Shown: positions 30,581-41,466, counted from the first letter of the stretch. The stretch is 64,000 bases of DNA from an uncultured Solirubrobacterales bacterium (GCA_963725085.1 CAVRXM010000005.1:1014235-1078234), one strand, 5' to 3'. A program made the numbers and translations. The notes: generated from the sequence alone by a model not told the origin.

Positions 30581-31770
30581 TTAGAGATAGCCGAGGGGGT
30601 CGGTGGGCACGCCCCCGACCCGGACCTCGAAGTGCACGTGGGGGCCGAAACAGTGCCCGGTGCACCCTGAATAGCCGATCACCTGGCCCTGGGAGACGCT
30701 CTGCCCCGCGCTGACGGCGACCGAGGACTGGTGGGCGTAGCAGGTCTGGAGGCCACCGCCGTGGTCGAGGCAGGTGAAATTGCCGTAGCCGCCGCTTTCC
30801 GATTCGGACTGCAGGAGCACGACGGTGCCGGCGTCGGCGGCGCGAATCGGGGTCCCTTCGGGAACGGCGATGTCGATCCCCTCGTGCATGCGGCCCCAGC
30901 GCATCCCGAAGCCGGAGACGACCGGGCCGTCCACCGGCCAGATCAGCTGCCCCGAGCCGTACCGGATCGGGCCCGCGGGAAGCGCCGGTGAGGAGCTCGA
31001 TTGCAGCGTGGCGGCGATTTCGGCCTGGATTTCGGCGACCTCGCCCTCGAGGTGCTGTTCGTTTTCGTTGATCTTCGAGAGCGCCGCCTCGCGCGTCGCG
31101 CCGGGCCGAGACCAGCTTCGACTGGCGCTTCTGCACGGCCGCGCGGGCGCTGGCCAGCGCCTCCTTTTCGGCGGCGATCGCGTCGCGTGCCGCTTCGATC
31201 GTGAGCTTCGCCGTGCGCAGAGTCCGAACCGTCGATTGGACCTGGTTGCGGAGCTGCCGCACCCGGTCGATCACCGCTTCGTCCATGCCGTGGATCCGTT
31301 CGAGGTAGGCGCTGCGGTCGATCAGGTCGCCGTAGCCTTGCGCGCCGACGATCACGCTCAGCACGTCCGGGGTCCCGGTCTCGTAGATCCCGACCAGGCG
31401 CCGGCGGAGTGCGACCAGGGCCCGCTTCAGGCGCGCCCTGACGACCGCCAGGTGCTTCTTCGCGACATCGAGTTCCGCGCCCGCCTCATCGAGTTCGGCC
31501 TGCTTCGCGTCGAGGCGCCGCTTGACGCCGGCTTCCTGGCCGCGCAGCGCGGCGACCTCGTCGGTCAGCCGTTCGATCCGGTCGCGGTAGTGCGAGATCG
31601 TCGTCGTCAGCACGCCGGCGCGGTCGCGCACGTGCGAGAGCTTCGCTTCCCTGGCTTCGAGCTTTGAGCTGAGATCCTCGGGCGGACGCGGGCGTGCTCG
31701 CACCGAGCAGCACGATCAGCGCCGCCGCGGCGGCCAGCAGCGCCGCCGGGGCAGTGCGAATCTGGAGCAT
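30581..31770 (-). pseudogene. M23 family metallopeptidase with signal peptide and coiled-coil region, at least 3 frameshifts
   Basis: Signal peptide MLQIRTAPAALLAAAAALIVLLGAS, then coiled coil (KLEAREAKLSHVRDRAGVLTTTISHYRDRIERLTDEVAAL...), then C-terminal LytM domain GMRWGRMHEGIDIAVPEGTPIRAADAGTVV...GCTGHCFGPHVHFEV. Confidence 0.8.
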
Positions 31771-31853
31771 GGCGAGGCAGGCTAGCGAGACCGTGGCAGG
31801 CGTCGGCGGCCGGCCGAGGAATTCCTGGTCCTGCAAGCGGGCGTTGCGGCGGC

Positions 31854-33122
31854 CTAAGCCGCTACGGGCCTCAGGTTTCTCAGCAATCGCCTCGGCGGCG
31901 ATTTCGGCCCGTAGCCGAGCCTCTCGGCGTATTCGGCGGCCTGCATCCGCGAGATGACCATCCGCTGGATCTCCGCCGTCCCCTCGAACAGCTGGTAGAT
32001 CTTCGCGTCGCGGAAGAACTTCTCGAGCGGGTACTCGGTGCTCCAGGCGGCGGGGCCGACGATGTCCATCAATGTCGTCGTCGCCCACATCGCGACGTCG
32101 CCGCCCTTGAGCTTCGACATCGAGCCCTGGCCGCCGCGCATCGGGACCCCGTTGCGCCCCATCCAGGCGGCGCGCTGGACCAGGAGCCGGGCCGCTTCGA
32201 TCTCGGTCGCGACGTCGGCGAGCGTCTGCTGGATCCGCTGGGTCTGGAGCAGCGGGCGTGCCGTCCTCGGTCCGCCCGTCGAGGTACTCGAGGGTCCACT
32301 CGTAGGCGGCCTGGGCGATCCCGAGCGCCGAGGCGCCGACCAGCGGCCTGCGTCACCTCGAAGGTCGCGAGAGCGTCGGCGCCGCGCGATTTCTTGCCTT
32401 CGCGGCCGCGCTGCAGCTTCTTCTCCAGCTTCTCGTCGCCGCCCAGCAGGCACTCCGCCGGGAACCCGGCAGTCCTCGAGCACGACCTCGGCCGTGTGCG
32501 AGGCGCGGATCCCGAGCTTCGACTCCTTCTTCCCCTGGCTCAGCCCGGGCGTCCCCTTCGGGACGACGAACGAGGCCTGCCCCCGGGTGCCGAGCGAGGG
32601 ATCGACGGTCGCGACGACGACGTGGACGTCGGCGATGCCGCCGTTGGTGATGAAGACCTTGGTCCCGTTCAGGACCCACTCGTCGCCGTCCCGCTTCGCG
32701 GTCGTCTTCAGGCTCTTGACGTCGGAGCCCGCCTGCGGCTCGGTGACGGCGTAGGCGCCGAGCTTGATTTCCTCGGCGGTCCCGAAGCACTCCGGCACCC
32801 AGCGGGCGATCTGCTCGGGCGTGCCGGAGGAGGCGACTCCCGCCGCGGCGAGCCCGGAGCCCGAGATCGCGAGCGCGGTCCCGGCGCAGCCCCAGTGGAA
32901 CTCTTCCGCCGAGATCACCTGCATCTGGCCCTCGGGGTCGGAGGCAGAGCGCTGGATCGACTCGAGCGTGCCGAAGCCCTGCCTGCGGGCCTCGCGGATG
33001 ACCTCCCAGGGGATGCTCTCCTCTTCGTCGTGCTTGCGCGCCGCCGGCCTGATCACGTCGCGGGCGAACGTCCTGCAGCGGTCCCTGAACTCCAGCTGCT
33101 CGTCGTTGAGTTCGAAATTCAT
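31854..33122 (-). pseudogene. acyl-CoA dehydrogenase, internal double frameshift (about 32300-32480)
   Basis: N-terminus MNFELNDEQLEFRDRCRTFARD, middle GAYAVTEPQAGSDV, C-terminus IYQLFEGTAEIQRMVISR with the catalytic Glu. The central part reads as Arg/Pro-rich nonsense in the long ORF. Confidence 0.85.
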
Positions 33123-33151
33123 CGGTCTCCTACTTGGTCGGCGCGGTCGTT

Positions 33152-33206
33152 GATTGACTGGTCAGTCAATCGCTCTCGAAAAGGTTAGCTGACTGACCAG
33201 CCAGTC
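33152..33206. promoter_or_regulatory. two related palindromic operator-like sites upstream of the acyl-CoA dehydrogenase gene
   Basis: GATTGACTG-GT-CAGTCAATC (9-bp perfect arms, 33152-33171) and GCTGACTGACCAGCCAGTC (33188-33206). They share the TGACTGnnCAGTCA core and lie 30-85 nt upstream of the ATG at 33122. Confidence 0.45.
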
Positions 33207-33283
33207 CTCCCGTCGCCGGGGCGTGATCGCCATTTCGCACCACATGCGCCCCAAAGGGCGATCACGTCGGGGATTGCTCTAGG

Positions 33284-34687
33284 TTGCGCGTCGTGGCACG
33301 CAGGAACCAGCCGATCAACGCCGATGTCCCGCTGCCGGCGGCCGAGACGAAGCCCGCGGCCGACCCGAAGCCGAAGCCGGCGGCCGACCCCAAACCGGCG
33401 GCGTCCGAGAAGCCCGTGGAGAGGCCGCCGGGCCCGGCGAGCCGCCCCGCCATCCGAAGCGCCGGCAGCTGCCGACGGCGCTCAAGGTTCTCGCGGCGCT
33501 GGTCCTGATCGCCGTCGTCTTCATCGTCGCCGCGATCCTCGGCGGATCGAACGAAGGCAACTCGATCCCCGGCGCCGCCCCGAGCGGCGAGTCAGACGAC
33601 CGCGCCGGAAGAGACGACGGCCTCCGAACCGGTCCAGTCCGAGTCGACCGAAGAACTCGGCTATCCCGAATTCGCGACCAACAACACGACCAGGGTCGGC
33701 GGGCCCGACCCGGCCTCCAACGCCGCCGGCGTCGCGCTCGCCGTCTTCCCCTCGCAGACGCCCGAACAGCGTCCCGACGCCGTCGTCCTCGTCGACGAAG
33801 GCGACTGGCAGAGCGCGATCGCGGCATCGGTGCTGATGGCGGAACCGATCCGGGCGCCGCTCCTGATCTCGAGCGCGGACGAGATCCCCGAAGCGACCGA
33901 ATCGGCCGTCCGGGCGCTCGACCCCGCGGGCTCCGGCGCCGCCCACGGCGCCCAGGCGTTCGTGATCGGCGAAGCGGAGGCGCCCGACGGAATGCAGACG
34001 ACCCGGGTCCACGGGACCGGGGCCGCGGCGGCGGCGGCGATCGCGCAGCTGCGGGACAAGCTCTTCGGCGGCCCGCCCCGTCACGTCGTCATCGCCCCCG
34101 CCGCAAAGCCGGAGATCGCGATGCCGGCCGCCGCCTGGGCGGCGCGCTCGGGCGACCCCGTCCTCTACGCGGAAACCGAATCGCTGCCGGCGCCGACGGT
34201 CCGGGCCCTGAAGCGCCACCCCGACGTCCCCGTCTACGTCCTCGGCCCCTCCTCCGCGATCTCATCGCAGGTCGTCCGCCAGATCGCCAAGATCGACAAC
34301 AGGGTCCGGCGGGTCTCGGGCGAGGACCCGGTCAGCAACGCGATCGCCTTCGCCCGCTACTTCGACGGCGGCTTCGGCTGGAACGTCAACGACCCTGGCC
34401 ACGGCTTCGTCGTCGCCCGCTCGGACTCGCCGCTCGACGCGGTCGCCGCGGCGCCGCTCTCGGCCTCGGGCACCTGGGGGCCGCTGCTGCTCACCGACAG
34501 CGCCGATACGCTTCCGGCGGCGCTGCGGGAATACCTGCTCGACGTCAAGCCGGGCTACAGCAACGACCCGACCCGCGCCTTCTACAACCACGTGTGGGTG
34601 ATCGGGGACCAGGACGCGATCGACGTGACTCAGCAGGCGGAAATCGACGAGCTCGCCGAATTGGCGAAGATCGGAGGCGAAAAGTGA
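33284..34687 (+). pseudogene. membrane-anchored protein with putative cell-wall-binding repeat 2 (CWB2)-like domains, at least 3 frameshifts in the first 550 nt
   Basis: Lys/Pro repeat N-terminus (AADPKPKPAADPKPAA), TM helix VLAALVLIAVVFIVAAILGG in another frame, then three repeats of the type VVLVDEGDWQSAIAASVLMAEPIRAPLLIS / VVIAPAAKPEIAMPAAAWAARSGDPVLY / FVVARSDSPLDAVAAAPLSASGTWGPLLLT. Confidence 0.6.
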
Positions 34688-34932
34688 GCGAGGCCGAGAA
34701 CCCGAACCTGCTGGCAGCCGATCGCGAGGTCACTCCCGAGGACGTCCGCGCCCTGGCCGGGGCCTCGACCCCCCACTTCGCACTCCAGGTCCGCAACCGG
34801 ATCCGGCGCCTGATCGAGCCGCTCCCGGCCGGACACCCCGCCCGGGTCGAAGGCGAGAGGAAGATCGCCGAGCTCGAGGACCTCGCCGAGCACAGCGGCG
34901 ACCCCCGCGGCACCCTCGGCATTGACCACTGA
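34684..34932 (+). CDS. small hypothetical protein (82 aa)
   Basis: GTG start overlaps the upstream stop (GTGA) and the stop overlaps the next ATG (ATGA), suggesting translational coupling. VSEAENPNLLAADREVTPEDVRALAGASTPHFALQVRNRIRRLIEPL. Confidence 0.5.
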   Translation: MSEAENPNLLAADREVTPEDVRALAGASTPHFALQVRNRIRRLIEPLPAGHPARVEGERKIAELEDLAEHSGDPRGTLGIDH

Positions 34933-35594
34933 TGAAGAACGTCGCGGCGGACGTCTGGCGACTCGACGAGCGGCCGCGGCCCCTGATCAACGTCTATCTC
35001 GCCGGCGACGTCCTGATCGACGCCGGGCGCAGATGGGACCGGAGCCGGATCTTCAAGCAGCTCGAGGGCCGCGAGATCTCGATGCTGGCCCTGACCCACG
35101 TCCACGCCGACCACCAGGGATGCGCCGATGCGGTCTGCGAGGCGCGCGGCATTCCCCTCGCCTGCCACCCCGACGACGTCGACGCGATGGAGGGCCGGCG
35201 CCCGATCGCGGCGACGAACGGGCTCCAGGCGCGGCTCTACGCACGGCTCTGGGCGGGGCCGCCGCGCAAGGTCGACCGGCTCCTCGAGGAGGGCGACGAG
35301 GTCGCCGGCTTCCGCGTCGTCCACGCCCCCGGCCACTCTCCCGGCGAGGTGATCTTCTTCCGCGAGTCCGACCGCGTCGCGATCTGCGGCGACGTGATCC
35401 GCAACATCACCTACCTCTCGCTGCGCACCAGGCTTGCCGCGCCGCCCGACAACCTGACGCCGGACCCGGCCGAGAACCGCCGCTCGATCCGCAAGCTCGC
35501 AGCGCTCGAGCCGAGCGTGATCCTGCCCGGCCACGGGCCCGAGGTCACCGACATCGAGGGCTTCAGGCGCTGGGCCGCGACGCTGCCGGATTGA
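34932..35594 (+). CDS. MBL-fold metallo-hydrolase
   Basis: Intact 220-aa ORF. THVHADHQG metal-binding motif; VVHAPGHSPGEV; PGHGP. Confidence 0.85.
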   Translation: MKNVAADVWRLDERPRPLINVYLAGDVLIDAGRRWDRSRIFKQLEGREISMLALTHVHADHQGCADAVCEARGIPLACHPDDVDAMEGRRPIAATNGLQARLYARLWAGPPRKVDRLLEEGDEVAGFRVVHAPGHSPGEVIFFRESDRVAICGDVIRNITYLSLRTRLAAPPDNLTPDPAENRRSIRKLAALEPSVILPGHGPEVTDIEGFRRWAATLPD

Positions 35595-35725
35595 GCTCCA
35601 GGCAGGACCGCGACTCCGGGCCGTCGAAACTGTTACCTAATTTCAACTACTGACCGAGATGGCCGGGGTTAGCCCCGCGTGGGCGGGGTAGCAGTGGGTC
35701 ACGCCCCCTGCGGCCGAAAGGAGCA

Positions 35726-36253
35726 GTGATGAGGAGGCTGATGAAGAGACGTCCATCACCGGCGATGATCGTCGCGCTGGTCGCGCTCGCGGTCGCGCTG
35801 GGGGGTACCGCCTACGCCGCGCAGCACATCAACGGCGGCGCGATCATGAAGCAGACGATCGGCGGCGGCAAGCTGAAGAAGAAGACCCTGACGGGCTTCC
35901 AGATCAACACCAACAAGCTCGGGGTCGTGCCGTCCGCCACCCGCGCGGCGCACACCTACTGGGCGGTGGTGAACAACCCGTCCGGCCCCGGCAACGCCGC
36001 CCTCTCGAGGGCGAGCGACGTCGGCATCAGCGCGGCCGAGGGCGGGGGCGCGGTGATCATCCAGTTGCCGCAGAACGTGACCGGCTGCGCCGACGTCGCC
36101 GGCCGCAACAACGCCGGCACCACGGTGCCGACATCCGGTTACGCCCAGACAAATACGTCACCCGCGAACGCCGGCGCGATCGAAGTCCACACCCGCGACA
36201 AAGCCGGTGCCAACGAAGACGCCGACTTCCACCTGATCGTCATCTGCCCCTAG
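35726..36253 (+). CDS. secreted hypothetical protein
   Basis: Signal/anchor MIVALVALAVALGGTAYAA, then a Gly/Asn/Thr-rich domain with paired cysteines. No family recognised. Confidence 0.55.
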   Translation: MMRRLMKRRPSPAMIVALVALAVALGGTAYAAQHINGGAIMKQTIGGGKLKKKTLTGFQINTNKLGVVPSATRAAHTYWAVVNNPSGPGNAALSRASDVGISAAEGGGAVIIQLPQNVTGCADVAGRNNAGTTVPTSGYAQTNTSPANAGAIEVHTRDKAGANEDADFHLIVICP

Positions 36254-36311
36254 GGACGGGCACCCGAGCCGGCCCCTCCGCGCGCAGCGAGGCGGAGGGG
36301 TCGGCCGTCCC
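36254..36311. terminator. GC-rich hairpin between convergent genes (candidate bidirectional terminator)
   Basis: GGACGG..CCGGCCCCTCCGC-loop-GCGGAGGGGTCGGCCGTCC, a near-perfect long stem directly after the stop at 36253. No T-tract. Confidence 0.5.
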
Positions 36312-36325
36312 ATTTCCGAGCCGCT

Positions 36326-37009
36326 CTAGGTCGGCGGCGCCGACCCGCGCGGCTCGCGGACCAGGACCACTCCCATCGCCAACAGCCAGACGAGGAACAG
36401 GAGGAACGCGATCAGGCCCAGCGCACCGTCGGAGGGCGAGAAGGCACCCGTCTCGCTGAATGTCCCGATGACGCCGACGATCAATCCATAGGCGCCGGCC
36501 AGCAGGCTGTAGCCACCGAGAAGGGACGGAAGGGTCCCCGTGCGGAGAGCCAGCATCCCGGTCGCCCCGGCGAGAACGGTGAAACCGGCGAGGAAGAACA
36601 GGAAGCCGAAGACGCTGAGGTCCCAGAGGGCGAGTACAGCGTCGGCACCGAGCGTGTCGACGTGGTAGACCGCCGCTCCACCGCCGGCCGAGCCGACCAG
36701 GCCTCCCGTGGTGACCAGCACCCCGCCTGCCAGCGCCGCCACCGATAGGCGGGCCGCGCCCGGCTCAGCGTCTCGCAGCCGGTAGAAGACGCTGCCGAGG
36801 AACCAGGTGAAGGCGACGAGAGCGGCGAACTGGAAGGCGACCGCGGCCTGCACCGCGCCCCGTTCCTCCTGAAGGAAGGACCGAACCTGACCGGCGGTTT
36901 CGTCGAACCCAGGCGGTTCGCCGGGGCCGAAGATGAAGGAGAGGATCAGGAGGACGGCGGAAACGATCCCCATCGACGCGCCGAGCTTGGGCCACGCATC
37001 GTCGGACAT
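36326..37009 (-). CDS. integral membrane protein, unknown function
   Basis: Intact 227-aa ORF with about six hydrophobic helices. Confidence 0.6.
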   Translation of the reverse strand: MSDDAWPKLGASMGIVSAVLLILSFIFGPGEPPGFDETAGQVRSFLQEERGAVQAAVAFQFAALVAFTWFLGSVFYRLRDAEPGAARLSVAALAGGVLVTTGGLVGSAGGGAAVYHVDTLGADAVLALWDLSVFGFLFFLAGFTVLAGATGMLALRTGTLPSLLGGYSLLAGAYGLIVGVIGTFSETGAFSPSDGALGLIAFLLFLVWLLAMGVVLVREPRGSAPPT

Positions 37010-37101
37010 ATGAACCTCCTTGGAGGAGACGACTGGACAACCGATCCTAGGTCGCCCGCCCTCGCTTTCGCAAGGGCCTCGGCGCGACTAGGCTTGCGTC
37101 G

Positions 37102-37308
37102 ATGAGCGAGGACGCACCGCACCCCTTCAAGGAGGGCGACAAGGTCTGGGTCGAGGACGGCGACGGCAGGCACCACCCCGGGATCTTCGTCGGCGACAAC
37201 GAAAGCTCGGGCTGGTTCGGGGGCGGCCCCAGCGCCTACGTCGTCCACCCCGAGGCCCAGCAGGCCGAGGTCGTCTCGGTCTTCCGGATCACCCCGCGCG
37301 AGGAGTAG
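37102..37308 (+). CDS. small hypothetical protein (68 aa)
   Basis: Intact ORF with coding-like composition: FKEGDKVWVEDGDGRHHPGIFVGDNE. Confidence 0.45.
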   Translation: MSEDAPHPFKEGDKVWVEDGDGRHHPGIFVGDNESSGWFGGGPSAYVVHPEAQQAEVVSVFRITPREE

Positions 37309-37317
37309 GCGGCCGGC

Positions 37318-37792
37318 ATGCTCGCCTACCTCTTCTGGCACCGGCCGGGCGCTGAGGTCGACAGGGCCGAGTACGAGGAGGCGCTGCGGGGATTCCACTC
37401 GGAGCTCGAGAACCGATCGGCGTGCTTCCGGCGTCGACGAGCTGCCGTTCGATCGAGGGCCGGGCTACGAGGACTGGTATCTGGTCGACGACTGGGCCTC
37501 GCTGGGCGAGCTGAACGAGGCCGCGGTCGACCCGGTCAGGCGACCCGCCCACGATCGTGCCGCGGCGGACGCGGCCGCCGGCTGGGGCGGGATCTACCTG
37601 CACGTCCGCGGGTCGGCGGAGATTCCCGATGGCGCCGAATGGCACGACAAGCCGCCGCTGATCCCGACCCAGACGTTCCTCGCCGACCTGCCGGAGACGA
37701 CGATCTGGCGCCGCGAGCTGGTCCTCGGGCCCGCTCCCGAGTTCTGCGTCGCCATCCCCGGCGCCGGTGGTCGCGAGCGGGTCTGGCCCTAA
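37318..37792 (+). pseudogene. hypothetical protein, one frameshift near 37425
   Basis: MLAYLFWHRPGAEVDRAEYEEALRGFHSELENRSACFR continues in another frame as VDELPFDRGPGYEDWYLVDDWASLGELNEAAVDP...TIWRRELVLGPAPEFCVAIPG, ending at TAA 37790-37792. Confidence 0.5.
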
Positions 37793-38074
37793 TTACGAGG
37801 GCACTCGGGCTCGCCCCAGGTCGACCCGCTCGCCGCGGAACGGGACCCCCTCGGCGAGAAGGCGGCGGCGCTGGCGCGTGCCCTTGGCAAGCGTCCCATC
37901 CGCCCGCACCACCCGCCACCAGGGAAGCTCGGGCTCATCGGCCGCGAACAGCACCGCGCCCGCGTAGCGCGGCGACCCCGGCGAGACGTCGCCGTAGGTG
38001 GCGACGAACCCCTCCGGTATCGCGCGCACCCGGCGCAGGACGGCTTCTTCGCGGGTCTCCCCCGCCCCGCTCAC
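37793..38074 (-). CDS. MGMT-family DNA-binding domain protein (methylated-DNA-protein-cysteine methyltransferase C-terminal-like)
   Basis: VLRRVRAIPEGFVATYGDVS...LPWWRVVRADGTL. GTG start overlaps the upstream stop (GTGA). Confidence 0.7.
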   Translation of the reverse strand: MSGAGETREEAVLRRVRAIPEGFVATYGDVSPGSPRYAGAVLFAADEPELPWWRVVRADGTLAKGTRQRRRLLAEGVPFRGERVDLGRARVPS

Positions 38075-39100
38075 GTTCTCGGCCCGAAGGCGTCGATCAG
38101 GCGATTCTGGTACTCGCTCAGCTCCTCGGGTGAGATGAAGTAGGTCGGCGGCGTCAGGAAGAGGCCGTCGGCCCGCTCGGCCGTCTCCTCGACCCTGGCG
38201 CGCACCTTGTCGAGCGGGCCGGCGGCGCAGTAGGTGTCGACCATCTCGTCGCTGATCGCGGCCGGGACGGCGGCGAGGTCGCCGCGGCGGAAGGCCTCGC
38301 CGGCCTCGGCCGCGTTGTCGGCGAAGCCGTGCAGCTCCCAGAGCGGCATGTAGGTCTTCACGGTCGCGTAGAAGGAGATCGTCCGCCGGGCCATCTCGAT
38401 CGCCTTCGCCTCGTCGTCGTCGATCGCGCAGCAGACCGTCGGCAGGTAGTCGAAGTCGGCGCGGTCGCGGCCGGAGCGCTTCAGCCCCTCCTCGAAGGAG
38501 GAGACGACGACCTCGTCGATCCAGCGCAGGCTCTGGATCGGGTGGCCGATCAGCCCGTCGGCGACGTCGCCCGCCATCCGGCACATTCCGCCCTGGACCC
38601 CGGCGGTGTAGATCGGCACCGACTCGCGCGGCGCCGGGTGGGGGCGGATCCAGCCCTTGATGTCGATGTCGTAGTAGGTCCCCTGGTAGCGGATCGGCTC
38701 GCCCCGGCCCGCCTGCTGCATGATCAGGCGGGTCGCCTCGATCGCCTCCCGCAGGTGCGGCGCCGGCTTCCCGTACTCGGCGTTGTGCCAGGTTTCGTTC
38801 AGGCGTTTGACGCCGGAGCCGAGGCCGAGCCGGAAGCGGCCCGCCGGACATCTCGTCGATGTCGAGGGCGCTGACGGCGAGGATGAACGGGCTGCGCGTG
38901 AAGGCCCAGATGATCCCGGTCGCAATCCCGATCGTCTCGGTCCGCCCCGCCAGGTAGGCGGCCTGGGTCACCGCCGAGCGGAAGAGCTCCGGCGCCCAGA
39001 CGCACTCGACCCCCGCCGCCTCGGCCCGCTTCGCCTCGGCCTCGAGGTCGGCCACTGTGGTGCCGATCGCCGCGACCGAGATCCGGTCCAGGGCACTCAT
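38071..39100 (-). pseudogene. LLM-class (luciferase-like) flavin/F420-dependent oxidoreductase, one frameshift near 38900
   Basis: N-terminus MSALDRISVAAIGTTVADLEAEAKRAEAAGVECVWAPELFRSAVTQAAYLAGRTETIGIATGIIWAFTRSPF, then the 284-aa ORF RFRLGLGSGVKRLNETWHNAEYGKPAPHLREAIEA.... Confidence 0.8.
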
Positions 39101-39108
39101 GCCGGCGC

Positions 39109-40234
39109 TCAGGCGGGGACTGGCTCGCCGGCGGCCGCGAGGACCAGGTCCGCGACCTGCTCGCGGTGCCAGGCCGCGGTTCCGAACATCGCCGCGTTCG
39201 CCTTGCCGCGCTTGAGGAAGAAGTGGAGGTCGTGCTCCCAGGTGAACCCGATACCACCGTGGACCTGGATCGAGGCGTCGGGGACCCGCCAGCCGGCGTC
39301 GGACGCGTAGGCCTTGGCCATCGAGGCCGCAAGCGGCAGCGAGTCCGGGTCGGCGTCCGCCGCCCAGGCGGCGCCGTAGACGGCCGAGCGCGAGTTCTCG
39401 GTCTCGAGCAGCATCTGCGCGCAGCGATGCGAGACCGCCTGGTAGGCGCCGATCGGGCGCCCGAACTGCTGGCGGTCCTTGGCGTAGTCGACCGCCATCT
39501 CCATCGTCCGCTGGGCGACGCCGGTCGACTCGGCGGCAAGCGCGACGCAGATCCGCAGGAAGACTTCGTGGTAGTCGCGACCCTCGGCCGGAAGCGTGTC
39601 CGCCGCCGGCACCCTCACGCCGTCGAGCTTGACCGAGTGGAGGCGGCGGGTGAGGTCGATCGACGGTTCGGCGCTGATCGCGACTCCGGCGGCGTCGCGG
39701 TCGACGATATGGCGCTTGCCGTCGTCGGTCGCGACGAGCAGGAAGTCCGCAGATGCCGCGTCGGGGACCAGGACCTTTTCGCCATCGAGGACGACGTCGT
39801 CGCCGTCGGCCTTCGCCTCCATCGTGAACGCCCCCGGCGTGAGCGGTCGTGCCGGCGTCCCAGAGCGCCGGCGCGCCCCGCTTCTCACCGGCCGCGAGCG
39901 GCCGCAGGTAGCGGTCGCGCTGGTCGTCGGACCCGCAAAGGGCCAGCGCCAGGCCGACGAGCGTCGTCGAGAGCAGCGGCGAGGGCGCGAGCCCGTAGCC
40001 CATCTCCTCGAACAGCACCGCGAGGTCGACGATCCCGAGTCCCTGTCCGCCCCACTCCTCCGGCAGCGCCAGCCCCGGCCAGCCGAGCTCGGCCATCTCC
40101 TGCCAGTCGGACTGCTCGAATCCCTGCTCGCTCTCGGCCAGCTCTCGGATCCGCTCCGATTTGTAGCGGGCGGCGAGGAAGTCCCGCGCCGTCGATTTGA
40201 TCGCCTGCTGCTCGTCGGTCAGGTCGAAGTACAT
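39109..40234 (-). pseudogene. acyl-CoA dehydrogenase family protein lacking the catalytic Glu (probable non-catalytic partner subunit), one frameshift near 39870
   Basis: N-terminus MYFDLTDEQQAIKSTARDFLAARY... The C-terminal ORF has KANAAMFGTAAWH where catalytic ACADs have the I-x-E-G-T motif. Only 1 nt separates it from the next ACAD gene. Confidence 0.8.
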
Positions 40235-40235
40235 C

Positions 40236-41414
40236 TCAGCGCAGCCTCGGCAGGCCGAGCACCCGCTCGGCGATGATGTTCTTGAGGATGTCGGTCGTCC
40301 CGCCCTCGATCGAGTTGGCGCGGGTGCGGAGGAAGGAGTACTGCCAGGCGCCGTTGGCGACGGCGTGCTCGGCGCCGCGCGTGAGCTGCGCGTAGGCGCC
40401 CTCGATGTCGAGCGCGAGCTCGGCGATCCCCTGGTTGATGTCGGCCCACTGCCACTTGCCGAGCGAGCCCTCGGGCCCCGGGATCCCCGACTGCATCGTC
40501 TTGGTCAGGCCGCGGTAGGCGTTCAGCCGCATCGTCTCGGCCTCGATCTGGAGCTGGGCGATGCGCTGGCGGATCACCGGGTCCTCGGCGGCAACGCCGC
40601 CGTTCACCCGCGTCTCGGTCGCCAGCGTCGCCAGCCGCTTGAGGCTGTTGGAGAGCTGGGCGATCGCCCCGAAGGCGAGGCCGGCGCGCTCGTTCATCAG
40701 CGTCGTGATCGCGACCGTCCAGCCGTTGCCGACGCCGCCGACGACGTTTGCGTCCGGGATCCGCGCCTCCTCGATGAAGACCTCGTTGAACTCGCCCTCG
40801 CCGGTGATCTGGACCAGCGGTTTCGCCTGGACCCCCTCCTGCTCCATGTCCATCAGGAAGTAGGTGAGGCCCTTGTGCTTGGGGGCGTCGGGGTCGGTGC
40901 GGGCGACGAGCATGCACCACTTCGCGTACTGGGCGAAGGTCGTCCAGACCTTCTGCCCTGTGACGACCCATTCGTCGCCGTCCTTGACCGCCTTCGTCTT
41001 CAGCGAGGCGAGGTCGGAGCCGGACTCGGGCTCGGAGAAGCCCTGGCACCAGATCTCCTCGCCGGTCAGGATCGGCTCGAGGTAGCGGGCCTTCTGCTCG
41101 TCGGTCCCGTGGGCGATCACGACCGGGCCGCCCATCGCCAGGCCGAGGACGTTGGCGGGGCTCGGCGCTTCCAGGCGCGAGGCCTCGCCGACGAAGATCG
41201 CCTGCTCGATCAGGGTCGCGCCGCGGCCGCCGAACTCCTTCGGCCAGGAGATCCCGGCCCATCCCGCTTCGTGGAGCTTGCGCTGCCACTCGCGGCGAAA
41301 TTCCATGACCTCCTCGAGGCCGCCGTCGGGCTCGGGCCCGGGGTGGTTCTCTTCGAGCCAGGTGCTGACCTCGTCGCGGAACTCCTGCTCGGAGGGGGAA
41401 AGGCTCAGGTCCAC
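40236..41414 (-). CDS. acyl-CoA dehydrogenase (catalytic Glu present)
   Basis: Intact 392-aa ORF: WCQGFSEPESGSDLASL, C-terminal RANSIEGGTTDILKNIIAERVLGLP. Confidence 0.9.
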   Translation of the reverse strand: MDLSLSPSEQEFRDEVSTWLEENHPGPEPDGGLEEVMEFRREWQRKLHEAGWAGISWPKEFGGRGATLIEQAIFVGEASRLEAPSPANVLGLAMGGPVVIAHGTDEQKARYLEPILTGEEIWCQGFSEPESGSDLASLKTKAVKDGDEWVVTGQKVWTTFAQYAKWCMLVARTDPDAPKHKGLTYFLMDMEQEGVQAKPLVQITGEGEFNEVFIEEARIPDANVVGGVGNGWTVAITTLMNERAGLAFGAIAQLSNSLKRLATLATETRVNGGVAAEDPVIRQRIAQLQIEAETMRLNAYRGLTKTMQSGIPGPEGSLGKWQWADINQGIAELALDIEGAYAQLTRGAEHAVANGAWQYSFLRTRANSIEGGTTDILKNIIAERVLGLPRLR

Positions 41415-41466
41415 GGGCGGAGACTACCTGGCTGGCTGGCCAGGCGTTGACGCCGGAGCCTTGCTC

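Noticed and set aside
35672-35689. Short hairpin CCCCGC-GTGG-GCGGGG after the MBL-fold hydrolase gene, as a terminator
   Set aside because: It has only a 6-bp stem, lies about 80 nt after the stop and has no T-tract. It is too weak to call.
41427-41444. Palindrome CCTGGC-TGGCTG-GCCAGG upstream of the 40236-41414 ACAD gene, as a third copy of the 33188-33206 operator (CTGGCTGG(T/C)CAG word)
   Set aside because: The match rests on a GC-rich 12-mer that is plausible by chance at this base composition. It also lacks the TGACTG/CAGTCA arms.
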